Below are positions 10,232-20,263 of a DNA stretch of 64,000 nt, one piece after another. Position 1 is the first letter of the stretch. Each line of letters starts with the position of its first letter. A model generated the notes under the pieces. The model was not told where the DNA came from. It searched no databases and was given only the letters and a program-made list of their open reading frames with translations. The position numbers were made by a program, and so were the translations under genes. The stretch comes from an uncultured archaeon (lineage in GTDB: Archaea; Thermoplasmatota; Thermoplasmata; Thermoplasmatales; Thermoplasmataceae), in NCBI GenBank assembly GCA_000965745.1, contig CP009479.1:1984001-2048000 (forward strand), given 5' to 3'.

Positions 10232-12208
10232 TCATAGGTCTTCAACCAGTGACATGGCTCTCAGAATTTTCATCTTTTCAGAAGCACTTTCTCTGAGACC
10301 CTGTGCGTCTTTCATGCTGTTTGTTATAAGATCAAGCTTGTCCTTCGTTGGCAAAAGGACATATATCTTTGACAGGTCTTCATCAAGAATTGAAGGTATG
10401 GCTGCTCCCGTTAAGTATCTCCTCACCTGGGCCAGGAACCATTCAGTCCTGAGATAATAGAGCAGGTAATGCTTATCGATTTTCCTGGGTTTCAGCACCC
10501 TGAATCCATTTGTGCAGACCGCGCCATCGTATTCCTTCGTTACAATTGCAGAAGCATGTTTTTCGGTCCCAGTAGAGACTCCGGCCACCGCAGTTATCAC
10601 CTCCCCTTTCCTGATTTCATAAGTTGCTCTGCCTGGAAGGTCACTTACCCTCATTCTCTGCGAGCCCACGATCTCGCTTGTTTCTGCATTTACGTTAGTT
10701 ATTTCAACATATTGCGTGTATTCGTCCGGGTATCTCATGACTGGAGATTTTCCGGACTTAATTTCCACCAATTCTCCCAGGGTCGGTGCTCCGCGTGATA
10801 TGAGGGCGTCTACCAGTTTCTTATAATCAGGCTTATAGAATTCTGCATCAAGCCTGTTCCCTATTTCACTGAACTTCCTCGTAAAAGCAATGTTCCCTCT
10901 CTCGGGATCCATTCCTGCCTCAAACTGAGTGAATTGCCTCACCACTTCGCTCATGTCTTCATCAGGGACAATTTCGCCTGCTCTATTCTGCCTGAAAAGT
11001 GGTGTTGCGTTCTTGTCTCCCCTGTACCCGATATTCTCCACTATGGAGAAAAATATTCTGTAATCTTCATTTTCCAATCGCTTAAGCTCATCCTTCCCGG
11101 TCTTCTTCATAAGGAGCACTGAAGTCTTCACACCGGTGCCATGCGGTATGAACGTCTTCGAAGGCAACGACACAACACCCACTATCTGAAAATTCTCCAT
11201 CAGGTACCTTCTGACATAACCCATAGTCTTGTTCTCCAGTATTCCATCCGGCAGGACAATTGCGACCTTTCCACCATCTTTCGCCAGTTCCATGGACCTC
11301 TCTATGAAAAGTATCTCGGGAACCTGCGCCTTCTGAAGTACCCCGGATATGGTGAAGCCATCGTTTACCCGTTCCCATACTCTCCCAAATTGGAATCTTT
11401 CAAGGTAGGAGCGTTCGCTTATCCTTCCGCGGCTCCCGAAAGGGGGATTTGTGAGGACAAAATCAAACCCGTTTCTAAACTCCTCAGGGAGGCAGTTGCC
11501 AGAATTCCCAAAATCCCATAACCCGTCAGCATTGATAATCCTGGAGTTGTTATCGCCCTCCAGAATCATTCTGATACGCGCAAGCCTCATCATGGAAGGG
11601 CTTGTTTCGATGCCGACATAGTTGGAGGAGAGGGGTGCTGTTTTCATCACTTCTTTATTTTTCACGTATCTCAGACTGCGAACAAGAAATCCTCCGGCTC
11701 CGCAGGCAGGGTCAATAATCCTGCTTTCGCGTGACGGTTTTACCATATTCACCACCAGGTCGACTACAGGGTCAGGTGTCAGGAACTGCCCCCTGTCTCC
11801 CCTGAGGCTTGAGAATACAAATTTCTGGAAAGCAGTTCCCTTGTCATCCCGGTCAGTTCCTTTCAGCGTAACTTTTTGCAGGCTTTCCATAGTGTAAGCT
11901 AAAGTGGGTTCCTTCAGGCCAATGGATTCTCTTTCTTTGAAAATGCCGGGATAGTTTCTTTTCACCCGTTCAAAAATAGCATCAATTTCGTTTTTGAACT
12001 CCCCGTCTGGAATTCTGCCTCTTTCCCTATGCCAGATATTTGTCGATTGGAGTATCTCCTGTCCATCCTCCATTTCCAGCTCTAATTTTAGAAAGAGGGC
12101 TTTGACGAACTCATCGAGAGCTTCAAAGGGTGAGAGCCCCTCGTTAGCGTATATATGGTTGTGAATTTTACCGAACAACTGTAATAGTGTGTCACTCTTG
12201 TTGGGCAC
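10232..12208 (-). CDS. N6-adenine DNA methyltransferase fused to an HsdS-like specificity domain
   Basis: 'GQFLTP', motif I 'IIDPACGAGGFL', motif IV 'LTNPPF'; C-terminal TRD-like region ('RLDAEFY', 'GAAIPSI'). No N-terminal nuclease domain. Confidence 0.88.
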   Translation of the reverse strand: MPNKSDTLLQLFGKIHNHIYANEGLSPFEALDEFVKALFLKLELEMEDGQEILQSTNIWHRERGRIPDGEFKNEIDAIFERVKRNYPGIFKERESIGLKEPTLAYTMESLQKVTLKGTDRDDKGTAFQKFVFSSLRGDRGQFLTPDPVVDLVVNMVKPSRESRIIDPACGAGGFLVRSLRYVKNKEVMKTAPLSSNYVGIETSPSMMRLARIRMILEGDNNSRIINADGLWDFGNSGNCLPEEFRNGFDFVLTNPPFGSRGRISERSYLERFQFGRVWERVNDGFTISGVLQKAQVPEILFIERSMELAKDGGKVAIVLPDGILENKTMGYVRRYLMENFQIVGVVSLPSKTFIPHGTGVKTSVLLMKKTGKDELKRLENEDYRIFFSIVENIGYRGDKNATPLFRQNRAGEIVPDEDMSEVVRQFTQFEAGMDPERGNIAFTRKFSEIGNRLDAEFYKPDYKKLVDALISRGAPTLGELVEIKSGKSPVMRYPDEYTQYVEITNVNAETSEIVGSQRMRVSDLPGRATYEIRKGEVITAVAGVSTGTEKHASAIVTKEYDGAVCTNGFRVLKPRKIDKHYLLYYLRTEWFLAQVRRYLTGAAIPSILDEDLSKIYVLLPTKDKLDLITNSMKDAQGLRESASEKMKILRAMSLVEDL

Positions 12209-12680
12209 TTTACACTATTGTGTTAAAAAGCTAATAAATGTTTTTCACCGGCTTCTATTGGGCCCCACGATTATAATTTCGTGCCCGCTACAGGAACGGA
12301 GCCTTCCCTTCCTTTTCAGAATCTGGAATGAGACTGAAAAAGATTCCGTCGTACGGCGTAAAAGAGACTCCGGCAATCTCATTAAATTGCCGAATGAAAT
12401 AAGGTAATGTTATAATACGAATAGTTTATGGAAGACTGTTGTTGTTTCCCATGAGCCTTATTTTTGGTATCCCATGTGCAGAAGAGCGCTCTACCGTTGA
12501 TTTCTGCCCATGAGAACGACTTGGATATGAAGCAATTTGCACAACTGCTTCCTCCCCGGAACGTGATCTGAAACAATATGAATATCCGCCATAGTTACTA
12601 ATCAAGTTGTAATTACTCTTTAATCAAATAAAATAATATACTTAGTTTAGTTTATATATGTTATTAAATATATCTTATCA

Positions 12681-12848
12681 ATGGAAAACGCCAGCACACT
12701 TCTAGAAACCACAAGGGTATCCAGATCCAGATCATTTCGGATATCGCTTCCAAAAAGGGTAGCAGACAGAATGGATGTAGGGCCGGATGATATAATCGGG
12801 TTCTACAGCAACGAAAGTGGCGAGATTGTCATAAGAAAACTCATCTGA
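12681..12848 (+). CDS. AbrB/MazE/SpoVT-like DNA-binding protein, copy 1 (55 aa)
   Basis: MENASTLLETTRVSRSRSFRISLPKRVADRMDVGPDDIIGFYSNESGEIVIRKLI. Missed by the ORF track. TTTATATA about 22 nt upstream. Confidence 0.85.
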   Translation: MENASTLLETTRVSRSRSFRISLPKRVADRMDVGPDDIIGFYSNESGEIVIRKLI

Positions 12849-12967
12849 CTGGATAGTTTCCACAACTAGTCTACTTGATGCATTTGGTTATAATGATACA
12901 TGAAGACTGCTGATGTAATTAGTCAGTTAAGTTGATTTTATATAATAACTCGCCTTATGCCGTAAGA

Positions 12968-13138
12968 ATGGAAGATCGAGAGGAAGAATTAATTGCCGTT
13001 GTGCAAGCAAGCAAATTTCAGTCTTCGGTTAAAGTCACAATACCAAAGAAGGTGGTAAGGGAACTGGAGCTTGAACACGGCTCTTTTGTGGGGTTCTACA
13101 GGCAAAAAAACTTCATAGTAATCAGAAGGATGAAATAA
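12968..13138 (+). CDS. AbrB/MazE/SpoVT-like DNA-binding protein, copy 2 (56 aa)
   Basis: 'SVKVTIPKKVVRELELEHGSFVGFY...IVIRRM'. TTTATATA about 23 nt upstream of ATG 12968. Confidence 0.85.
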   Translation: MEDREEELIAVVQASKFQSSVKVTIPKKVVRELELEHGSFVGFYRQKNFIVIRRMK

Positions 13139-13155
13139 TGGCCTCGTATAGGGTT

Positions 13156-13323
13156 TCAGGACAGCCTCCTTATTATGATGTCTCCGTCTGCGTCCAGGTA
13201 GAAACCTATGATGCTTTCCGGGTCCACCTTAAGTTTTGAAGCAACTCTTCTTGGAATGGAGATTCTCAGGGACGATGATTTCGAAACTCTTACGGTATCA
13301 AGAAGTACCTCACTCTTGCTCAT
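13156..13323 (-). CDS. AbrB/MazE/SpoVT-like DNA-binding protein, copy 3 (55 aa)
   Basis: 'SLRISIPRRVASKLKVDPESIIGFY...IIIRRLS'. Confidence 0.85.
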   Translation of the reverse strand: MSKSEVLLDTVRVSKSSSLRISIPRRVASKLKVDPESIIGFYLDADGDIIIRRLS

Positions 13324-13559
13324 TGTTTTTTTATAGCGAGATGCGTTAAAAGTCAACTCTATAAATATTCAGGCTAAATGCTTTACCAATGGTTTACAGA
13401 ATGCACAGTAAATGCCGTCGCAGGGCAGCTGGCCTGCCGAATTGAGAGAATGGATGCCTGTTATCCGCACTGGCAGAAACGCGATACCTTGCCATGGGTT
13501 GTTTTACTCTTTCACTGAATGAAGAATTGGTTATCGGCTGGCTATGGGAAATAAAGGCT

Positions 13560-13727
13560 TTAACTCAGTTTTCTAATTATTATTTCACCCTTTTCATCAG
13601 AATAGAAACCAACAATGTCGTCTGGCTCAATCCCAAGTTTCTGGGCGATTCTCCTGGGCAATGACATCCTGAGGGAACGGGACCTTGAAACCCTGGTAGT
13701 TTCTACAAGCGTGTTGCTGTTGTCCAT
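13560..13727 (-). CDS. AbrB/MazE/SpoVT-like DNA-binding protein, copy 4 (55 aa)
   Basis: 'SLRMSLPRRIAQKLGIEPDDIVGFY...IIIRKLS'. 36/55 identical to copy 1 by hand alignment. Confidence 0.85.
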   Translation of the reverse strand: MDNSNTLVETTRVSRSRSLRMSLPRRIAQKLGIEPDDIVGFYSDEKGEIIIRKLS

Positions 13728-13788
13728 AGGTCTAGATATAGGCATTCTGTATAAAATATATATTAGGCATACAGTGCAACAGTATATG

Positions 13789-14298
13789 TCCACAGGCGTA
13801 ACTTCGGGAGTGCCCCCCTACTTTCTCCAGCGCCCGGTTGAGAATGTTGATTGCGGCATTGAGGTCCCTGTCGATCTTATAGCCGCAGGAGCTGCAGTGA
13901 AACATCCTTTCAGCCAGTTTCAGCGTTTCCTTTTTCCATCCCCAATTTCAGCATTCTCTTGATGTGTTCCTTGGATCCACAGGTACCGCTTCCCTGCCGG
14001 CACTCTCAGCCTTGTAGGTGGTGTATTGTACAATCGTGCTCCAAGCTGCGCCTGTTATGCTCTTAGCGAGATGGTGATTCTTCATCATCCCGGTAGCATT
14101 CAGTTTTTCAAAGGCAATCAGATCATTATTCTGCACCAGCATGTTGGAAAGCTTGTGTGCAAATTCATCCCTCTGATTCTTCTCCTTCCAATGCTGCTTT
14201 GAGAGGTTGATCTTCGCCTTATTTCGATTGTTTGATCCCTTCTCCTTGCGTGACAGGTCTCTCTGTGCCTTCCTGGTCCCCTTCTCTCCCGTCTTCAT
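13789..14298 (-). pseudogene. tnpB: IS200/IS605 TnpB remnant (5'-truncated, nonsense codon plus frameshifts)
   Basis: 'QRDLSRKEKGSNNRNKAK', 'IAFEKL', 'YKAESAG...VDPRNTSREC*'; a shifted frame then gives 'ERMFHCSSCGYKIDRDLNAAINIL'. Confidence 0.88.
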
Positions 14299-14473
14299 GA
14301 GAGTTAAAACGGACCATGTTTGTGCATCTTGGATATAATTCCAACAGTCTATCGTTTTATAACACTTACTTTATTAATGAAATTTCAAATATAAACTGTA
14401 ACAAATATGAAAAGTTTACTAGATGCAGTTGTGCATTTTTATTATATGCATGTAACACATTTAAGCTATAAAG

Positions 14474-14851
14474 ATGGAAGCCGAAAATAGCACTCACACG
14501 TCAGAAGACCCATTTATGAGACTTCTCTGCATAATAAACAGGAAATGGACAATTCTGACCATAGTCGCAATCGGAAACCATGAGGGAGTAAGGTTTAACG
14601 ATCTGAAGAGAGAGCTCGACGGGGTCAGCCCTAAAACACTGTCTGAAACGATCAGAGAGCTGGATAACATCGGTGTGGTTACAACAGTGAGGTCTCCAGG
14701 CCCCCCATTGAGGATCCAGTATTTTCTGACGAACGACGGCCATGAACTTCACAGGTCGGTTCTTCCGGCTCTGAGGTGGGTCTTTGACAAGTCCCCAGCA
14801 TGCAGCTCAACGGCAGTGTTGGAAGCTCTGGAGAGAAATATTAAAAAATGA
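14474..14851 (+). CDS. HxlR-family winged-helix regulator
   Basis: 'KWTILTI', 'RFNDLKRELDGVSPKTLSETIREL', 'YFLTNDG'. Confidence 0.9.
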   Translation: MEAENSTHTSEDPFMRLLCIINRKWTILTIVAIGNHEGVRFNDLKRELDGVSPKTLSETIRELDNIGVVTTVRSPGPPLRIQYFLTNDGHELHRSVLPALRWVFDKSPACSSTAVLEALERNIKK

Positions 14852-14896
14852 TGCCTTCAGTAAAAATAAAGGAAGAAGATACTTTCCCGGTAAGAC

Positions 14897-15100
14897 TCAG
14901 AACCAGGTGTTCCGGTCCATGTTTTTTATCTCATCCCGGAGCTTCTCCTTGAAATCCTCAAAGCTTTTGCTCCTGTAAGCAACGTCACGTATCATGACAA
15001 CGTCACGTTGCAGCTGCTCTTTTTTACCGTTCTCAAAACCCTTTACGTACGCCAGATCAAGATTGGGCCCGAATATTGTCGATTGATATTGTTCCGCCAT
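14897..15100 (-). CDS. 67-aa hypothetical protein (MAEQYQSTIFGP...)
   Basis: C-terminal part of ORF 14897..15313; ATG 15100 lies clear of the pip gene; charged helical composition. Confidence 0.6.
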   Translation of the reverse strand: MAEQYQSTIFGPNLDLAYVKGFENGKKEQLQRDVVMIRDVAYRSKSFEDFKEKLRDEIKNMDRNTWF

Positions 15101-15194
15101 AATATAACATAGCAGAGCTGGTAAGTAACTATTATCGCTAAGAAAAAAAATGAGGAAATGAGTGAAGTTAGCCGTATAAGCGGGTTTCTCAACA

Positions 15195-16085
15195 CTAGTC
15201 GTTTTTGCGTATGAATTCAGAAAGAACTTCCAGGTATTTGTCCCTCTCTTCCCAGAACTGCATATGCGCACTGTTCTCGAACACTTCCATCTGAGATCCG
15301 CCGATCCTGTCATGTATAGACTTTGCTATTTCAGGCGTAACTTCATCGTGCCTGCCGCATGTTATGAGTGCCGGAATTTTTATGGTGTGCAGGTCATCTT
15401 TAAAGTCAACATCCTTTATGGTCCCGATAATAGTGAATTCACTCGGCCCGTTCATCTTGAGATAGGTTCCCCGTTTTTCCATAACTTCCATTGTATCAGC
15501 TACTTCCCTGGGCCACTCATCCCATCTCAGGAGGTGCTTCTTCATGAAGTACATGGCTGCTTCCTGGTATTCGGGGCTTGAATAATCGCCATCGGCCTCA
15601 TGTTTCTCTATGGCTTCCCTTTCCTTGTCCGGAAGCTGGGAAATGAGCCTGTGCATCTCCTTGACCGTTTCAGATACGCTGGCGAGGCCGCTGCTCGTGG
15701 TGACACTTTTCAGGTGATCCTGGTGTTTCAGTGTATAGGCGAGCGCCAGCATGCCTCCCCATGAACTTCCAAAAAGATGGACTTTATCATCTCCAAAGAG
15801 AGCCTTCCTGACACCATCTACCTCTTCTACTGCATATTCCAGGCTGTAGTCGCTTTCGTTCTTCGGGTCATCGGATTTTCCACAGCCGAACTGATCATAA
15901 AACACTATGTCAAAGTCCTGCCCGGCAAGATCCGATAGCGGAAGCAGGTAGTCGTGCGTTCCCCCGGGACCCCCATGGAGAGTGAGGAGTTTGTACCGGT
16001 TTCCTTTTCCAAAGCGCACATAATACAGGTTCAACCCGTTTACATTTACAAAGCCATCTTCTTTTTTATCGCTGTTTTCAGACAA
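15195..16085 (-). CDS. pip: Proline iminopeptidase (tricorn-interacting factor F1-like)
   Basis: 'LHGGPG', 'YDQFGCGKS', 'GSSWGG', 'GRHDE', 'SAHM'. TTG start with GGAGG SD. Confidence 0.92.
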   Translation of the reverse strand: MSENSDKKEDGFVNVNGLNLYYVRFGKGNRYKLLTLHGGPGGTHDYLLPLSDLAGQDFDIVFYDQFGCGKSDDPKNESDYSLEYAVEEVDGVRKALFGDDKVHLFGSSWGGMLALAYTLKHQDHLKSVTTSSGLASVSETVKEMHRLISQLPDKEREAIEKHEADGDYSSPEYQEAAMYFMKKHLLRWDEWPREVADTMEVMEKRGTYLKMNGPSEFTIIGTIKDVDFKDDLHTIKIPALITCGRHDEVTPEIAKSIHDRIGGSQMEVFENSAHMQFWEERDKYLEVLSEFIRKND

Positions 16086-16146
16086 ATTTAGCCCTCCTTG
16101 TAATAAAAATAATAGTTGGATGTTTATTAAAAATATCTAAAAAAAA

Positions 16147-19100
16147 TTATGTGGTGGTGTTGTATGCCATAAGGTTATACAGCAACTCCAGGGCACCACC
16201 GATCATCACGTTCTGCTGGTACTTCACTATGTAATCCCCGTTCATCTTGGAACTCATGATCCAATGCGCATAGTTCTGCCCAGCATAAACGATGTTTGTG
16301 TTGTTCACGCTCATACCGTTCACTACATGGAACCACTTCTTAGCGAGATCACCGTTCGTTGCGTTGTTTGTTGCATTGTTCATTGCACTGATCATTCTGT
16401 TCATCTGTGCTGCTTCAGTGAGGTTGTATACAGAGTGTGTCTGATTACCTATGACGTACGGTGTGTAGCCTGTCCCACCCATGTAGAACGATTCGTTGAT
16501 CGGTATTGACATGGGCACCAGGTAATCCGACGGATACGGGTAATCCGGGAACCATCCGGGTCCTCCCTCAACTGGCATTGGGTTCTGCCCCTGAACCTCG
16601 TATGCAAATATGTCAGCTATGGGCAGAGACACTATTGGGAAACTTGCACCAGGCATGATCTGTGCCAGATCATTGGCCCAGGTAACTGCTGCGGCTTTGT
16701 ATGCGGGATATCCCTGGATTACAAAGATCGGCACTACCAGCTTATGGCCGTTGTACTGGACGGAATTTCCTGAATATGTTACCTGCATGTCGCCAGCCAC
16801 ATCGTGTTGCGTTTTTGATGATGTTCCATTCAGGAAGTAGCCGATGTACCTCTTGGCCTGCTGAAGCTGGAAAGGCTCATGGCCGTTCGAGTTGACCACC
16901 GGCGTTCCGGATGCCATCAGGTCCTGGGCTGTCTGGTTATACAGCATTCCTGGCGGAAGCATTCCCACATACGGCGAGAAGAACGTTGTATTGTAGATTT
17001 CATTCCCAATCTGCTGAGAGTAGAACAGGCTGTAGTTGAATGCATAGGCAAACGCTTTCCTCACATTGGGGTTGACAAAGAAGTTTGTCGGCATATTCGC
17101 CTGTGAGTATATTGTATGCAGGTTCGAGGTGTTTACCTGTTCAGTGAAGACGTAGAAGTATAGTGACAGTGTTGGGAAACCGTGTTTCTGGAGCTGCCCC
17201 TGCTGTACCATCTGCTCTGTCTGGTTCCAGTACGTGGTCGGAAGGTTGGCGCTCTGTGCCTGGCCGGACTTCAGCAGAAGGTACGCCTCTTGCCCGCTTG
17301 AGGAGTACAGTATGTTGATTTTGTCAATTGTTGGTTTCGGATACCACGGCCCTGGTGAAACAAAGTCCGGGTTAGCAGCGAGCGTGAGCTGCGACCCTGG
17401 AACGATATATGACACCTTGTATGGCCCGTCCGCCATAACATGGTTCTGCACGTACGAGTTGTAGTTGTTCACATTTCCATACTGCTTGTAGTCCTGGAAG
17501 CCCTGTGGTGTCCACGTTATGCCTGCCCCGTGCTGGATATACCAGTTCATGTCCTCTATCCATGTACCAGATGAGTCAAAGATCTGGTAGACGAGAGGCG
17601 CCGGCATCGGCTGCTGGAAATGGAAAGTTACCGAATTGGCGGAGTTGTTCACGGTGATGTTTGTGGTGATGTTGTAGAACGTGTTGGACGCATATATGTT
17701 TCCAGGCAGGAGGTATTGCGCTATGACCCACCCTCCAGTGCCGGGGGAGCCTGCATCGAAGAGCAGTGCCCTCGTAAATGAGTACAGGACGTCAGTGGCA
17801 TTCATCTGGTCTCCATTAGCAAACTTAAGGTTGGTGTTGATGTGGAAAGTGTAGTTCTCGCCCGGGGTGGTGTTATACTGATACTGTGTGTGCCATGGCG
17901 TTGTTACAGTCTTGTTCACGTAGTTGCTGTTCACTCCACCGTTGGTAAGGTTGGGCAGCGAAGTGGCAACAAGGGGCACAAAGCTGTTGGTCGATGAACC
18001 GTTGTATGTATCCAGCGTCATGAGCGTGTTGTCAAGTATTTCCGATGATGCAAAGTAATAAGCGATTGCAGGGTCCATTGTTTCGTATCCGCCAGAGGCG
18101 TTAGGCTCTGAATTGGTGAAGCTTGTTGTCGTGGTTGTCTGGGCGGTCACCGAAGAAACCACGGGGAAATCGATGTAGTAGTTTGTAGTGACCTGTGTGG
18201 AACTGTCGTACTCACCGTTGTTAAGCGGAACGGTCCCTGTGCCTTTCAGGTAGCTGGTGATTGTTACATTTGTGACGTCCGTGTTGAAGTTGACAACGCT
18301 GGCATTGAGGAGTGTCACAGGGGAGCTGTTCCCGTAGAAGAGTGATGCCGTATGGGTATCATTGAGCTGTGCAGTGGTCTTTGTGTTGAACGTCAGGTTT
18401 GTCTGCGCGTTCAGGTCAAGTTCTGTTGAGGCGTTAACGAGAACGGTCTCCCCCTTGGTTATTGTCTGGGCTCCTGATTCATTCTGGTATTTCATCGTCC
18501 CGTTATTTACTGTAATGTTTGAAGCGGAGCCGAGGAACAGCCTTGTGGATGTTGTATAGTTAGCGGTAGTGTTTGCGGAGTATGTAACGTTAACGCTGTC
18601 GAGCTGCAGAATAGCCCCGGATATTCCGGTGATTGCCGTTCCCGTGGAAGCTACGTAGGTATCATTCTTCGTGAAGTTCTGCGTAACTGTGTTCGAAACC
18701 TCTGCTGTTATTGTCTGTGTTGTATTCACACCCGCCGAAGTAGTGCTTACCTCCATTACGTACATTCCACTCTGAAGGTTGGCATAGGTTACAGACTGCA
18801 CTGGTATCTGGTAGGCCTGGGTATTATGTTGTACAGATAAGGTATCTGCTGTTGTGATACCAGCCCTGTCTGATTCATCATTGTGAGGGTCTGAGACACT
18901 ATCTGGTTTCCCCCTGCTCCGGGGTTAGGCAGAAAATCAAGCTGCATATACGACCCGGGCTTGAAAATCTTTGAGATGTTGTTTACCAGCTGTGGGGATG
19001 AAGATAGTGGGTTCACCGAGAGTGTCCTGTAGGCATACTGCACCGACGGGTACTCCGGGTTGACCTTTACAGGCTCAATGAAATAACCTGTGCTGGAAGC

Positions 19101-19496
19101 ATAGTTGATGTCAGCAAGAATATAGTACTCTCCTGGGTTCGTGTAGGTGTGATTAACCTCTACTGTGGAACTTCCACTGTAGTTCAATAGCTCGCTTGTT
19201 CCGTCACCAAAGTACACGGTCATGTTCTTGAAACTGCCTGTTGCAGTTATGTTGGTTGTGTACGTGCTGTTCTGACTGATTGCCCCTACCTGGCTGGACA
19301 GTGTGGCTGAAGGGCCACTGGGAGCCTGAGGCGCAGTGTAGTGAGTGGCGAGTAAGCCTCCAAGCACCCCTATCACTGCTATGAGGACAACAATCACAGC
19401 GATCCATTTCCCGGACGATTTTCCGCCTGATGGAGGTTTCTGCATTCCTATAGCAGGCTCTCCGGGAGTCTTCTCGTTGTTTTCATTACTGCTCAA
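16147..19496 (-). pseudogene. Large membrane-anchored peptide ABC substrate-binding protein (N-terminal TM + PKD + family-5 SBP), split by a 1-nt frameshift near 18825
   Basis: ORF 18789..19496 has TM and PKD 'VYFGDG...HTYTNPGEY'. ORF 16147..18801 has 'MDPAIAYY', 'FANGDQMNATDVLYSFTR', 'GPYKV', 'VRKAFAYAFNY', 'WFPDYP'. The two frames overlap and join by adding one base. Confidence 0.8.
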
Positions 19497-19781
19497 GATA
19501 ATTTTCCTCCTGATTTATTGATTGATAGTGACTAGCAAGATAAACGTCTAATTTAAAGCTTTCTGAAATCTGCTGTACTCCGGAATATTTTAATTATGGT
19601 AATTCACGGGATGAGGCCCTGCTTTCCCATGGAATTAACTGAAAATCGAGTGTTTTCCCACATATCTGGCAAGAGGCACCATTGTCAATGTTTAATAAGT
19701 GTAGATGGGATGAAAAAGTAATTCGGGCGTATTTTTTACAGCCTGTATACCTGGATATCCTGCAGACAATGCGAACAATGT

Positions 19782-20165
19782 TCAATTGTTGTGGCTGCTT
19801 TCATTCTGCTTTCTCTGAACCCCATTCTTGCTGTGCCAGGATATGCTCATTATTCCTCCAAGCAGGCCGCCAATCGCCCCGATATATAGTCCGCCCGAGG
19901 TCCCTGCAAAACTGGTTACTGATAGTACCATCGTTATGGCACCCAGTATCCTGTGCCTGTCAGGGAAGATAAGCAATACTGCCCCTGTTGCGATGATTCC
20001 AGCTCCGGAGAGTGTTCCTATGAGGATGGCAATCAGGTCTAACACGGACTGGTCCCCGACATCAAAAAAACCCCTGATCGCTATTATGCCTATTGCGAGT
20101 ATGAGCGCTCCGGACCCCATCGCAAGAATCCCTGAGTCATAAGGGCGTTTGTTTAGAACCTTCAT
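19782..20165 (-). CDS. Small membrane protein (DUF6114-like)
   Basis: Four Gly-rich TM segments, 'GGLYIGAIGGLLGG'. Confidence 0.65.
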   Translation of the reverse strand: MKVLNKRPYDSGILAMGSGALILAIGIIAIRGFFDVGDQSVLDLIAILIGTLSGAGIIATGAVLLIFPDRHRILGAITMVLSVTSFAGTSGGLYIGAIGGLLGGIMSISWHSKNGVQRKQNESSHNN

Positions 20166-20263
20166 TCAGGCTGTAAGTGCCATTCAATATTTAAGCATGA
20201 GAGGTGAGAATGCAAAAAAATAAAAAAATGGTGGTGAGGTGTCTATTTCAGCGTTATGTGTCG

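Noticed and set aside
12382-12576. 64-aa minus-strand ORF as a possible toxin or controller for the MTase/AbrB genes
   Set aside because: No PIN, MazF or HTH features and a weak start context.
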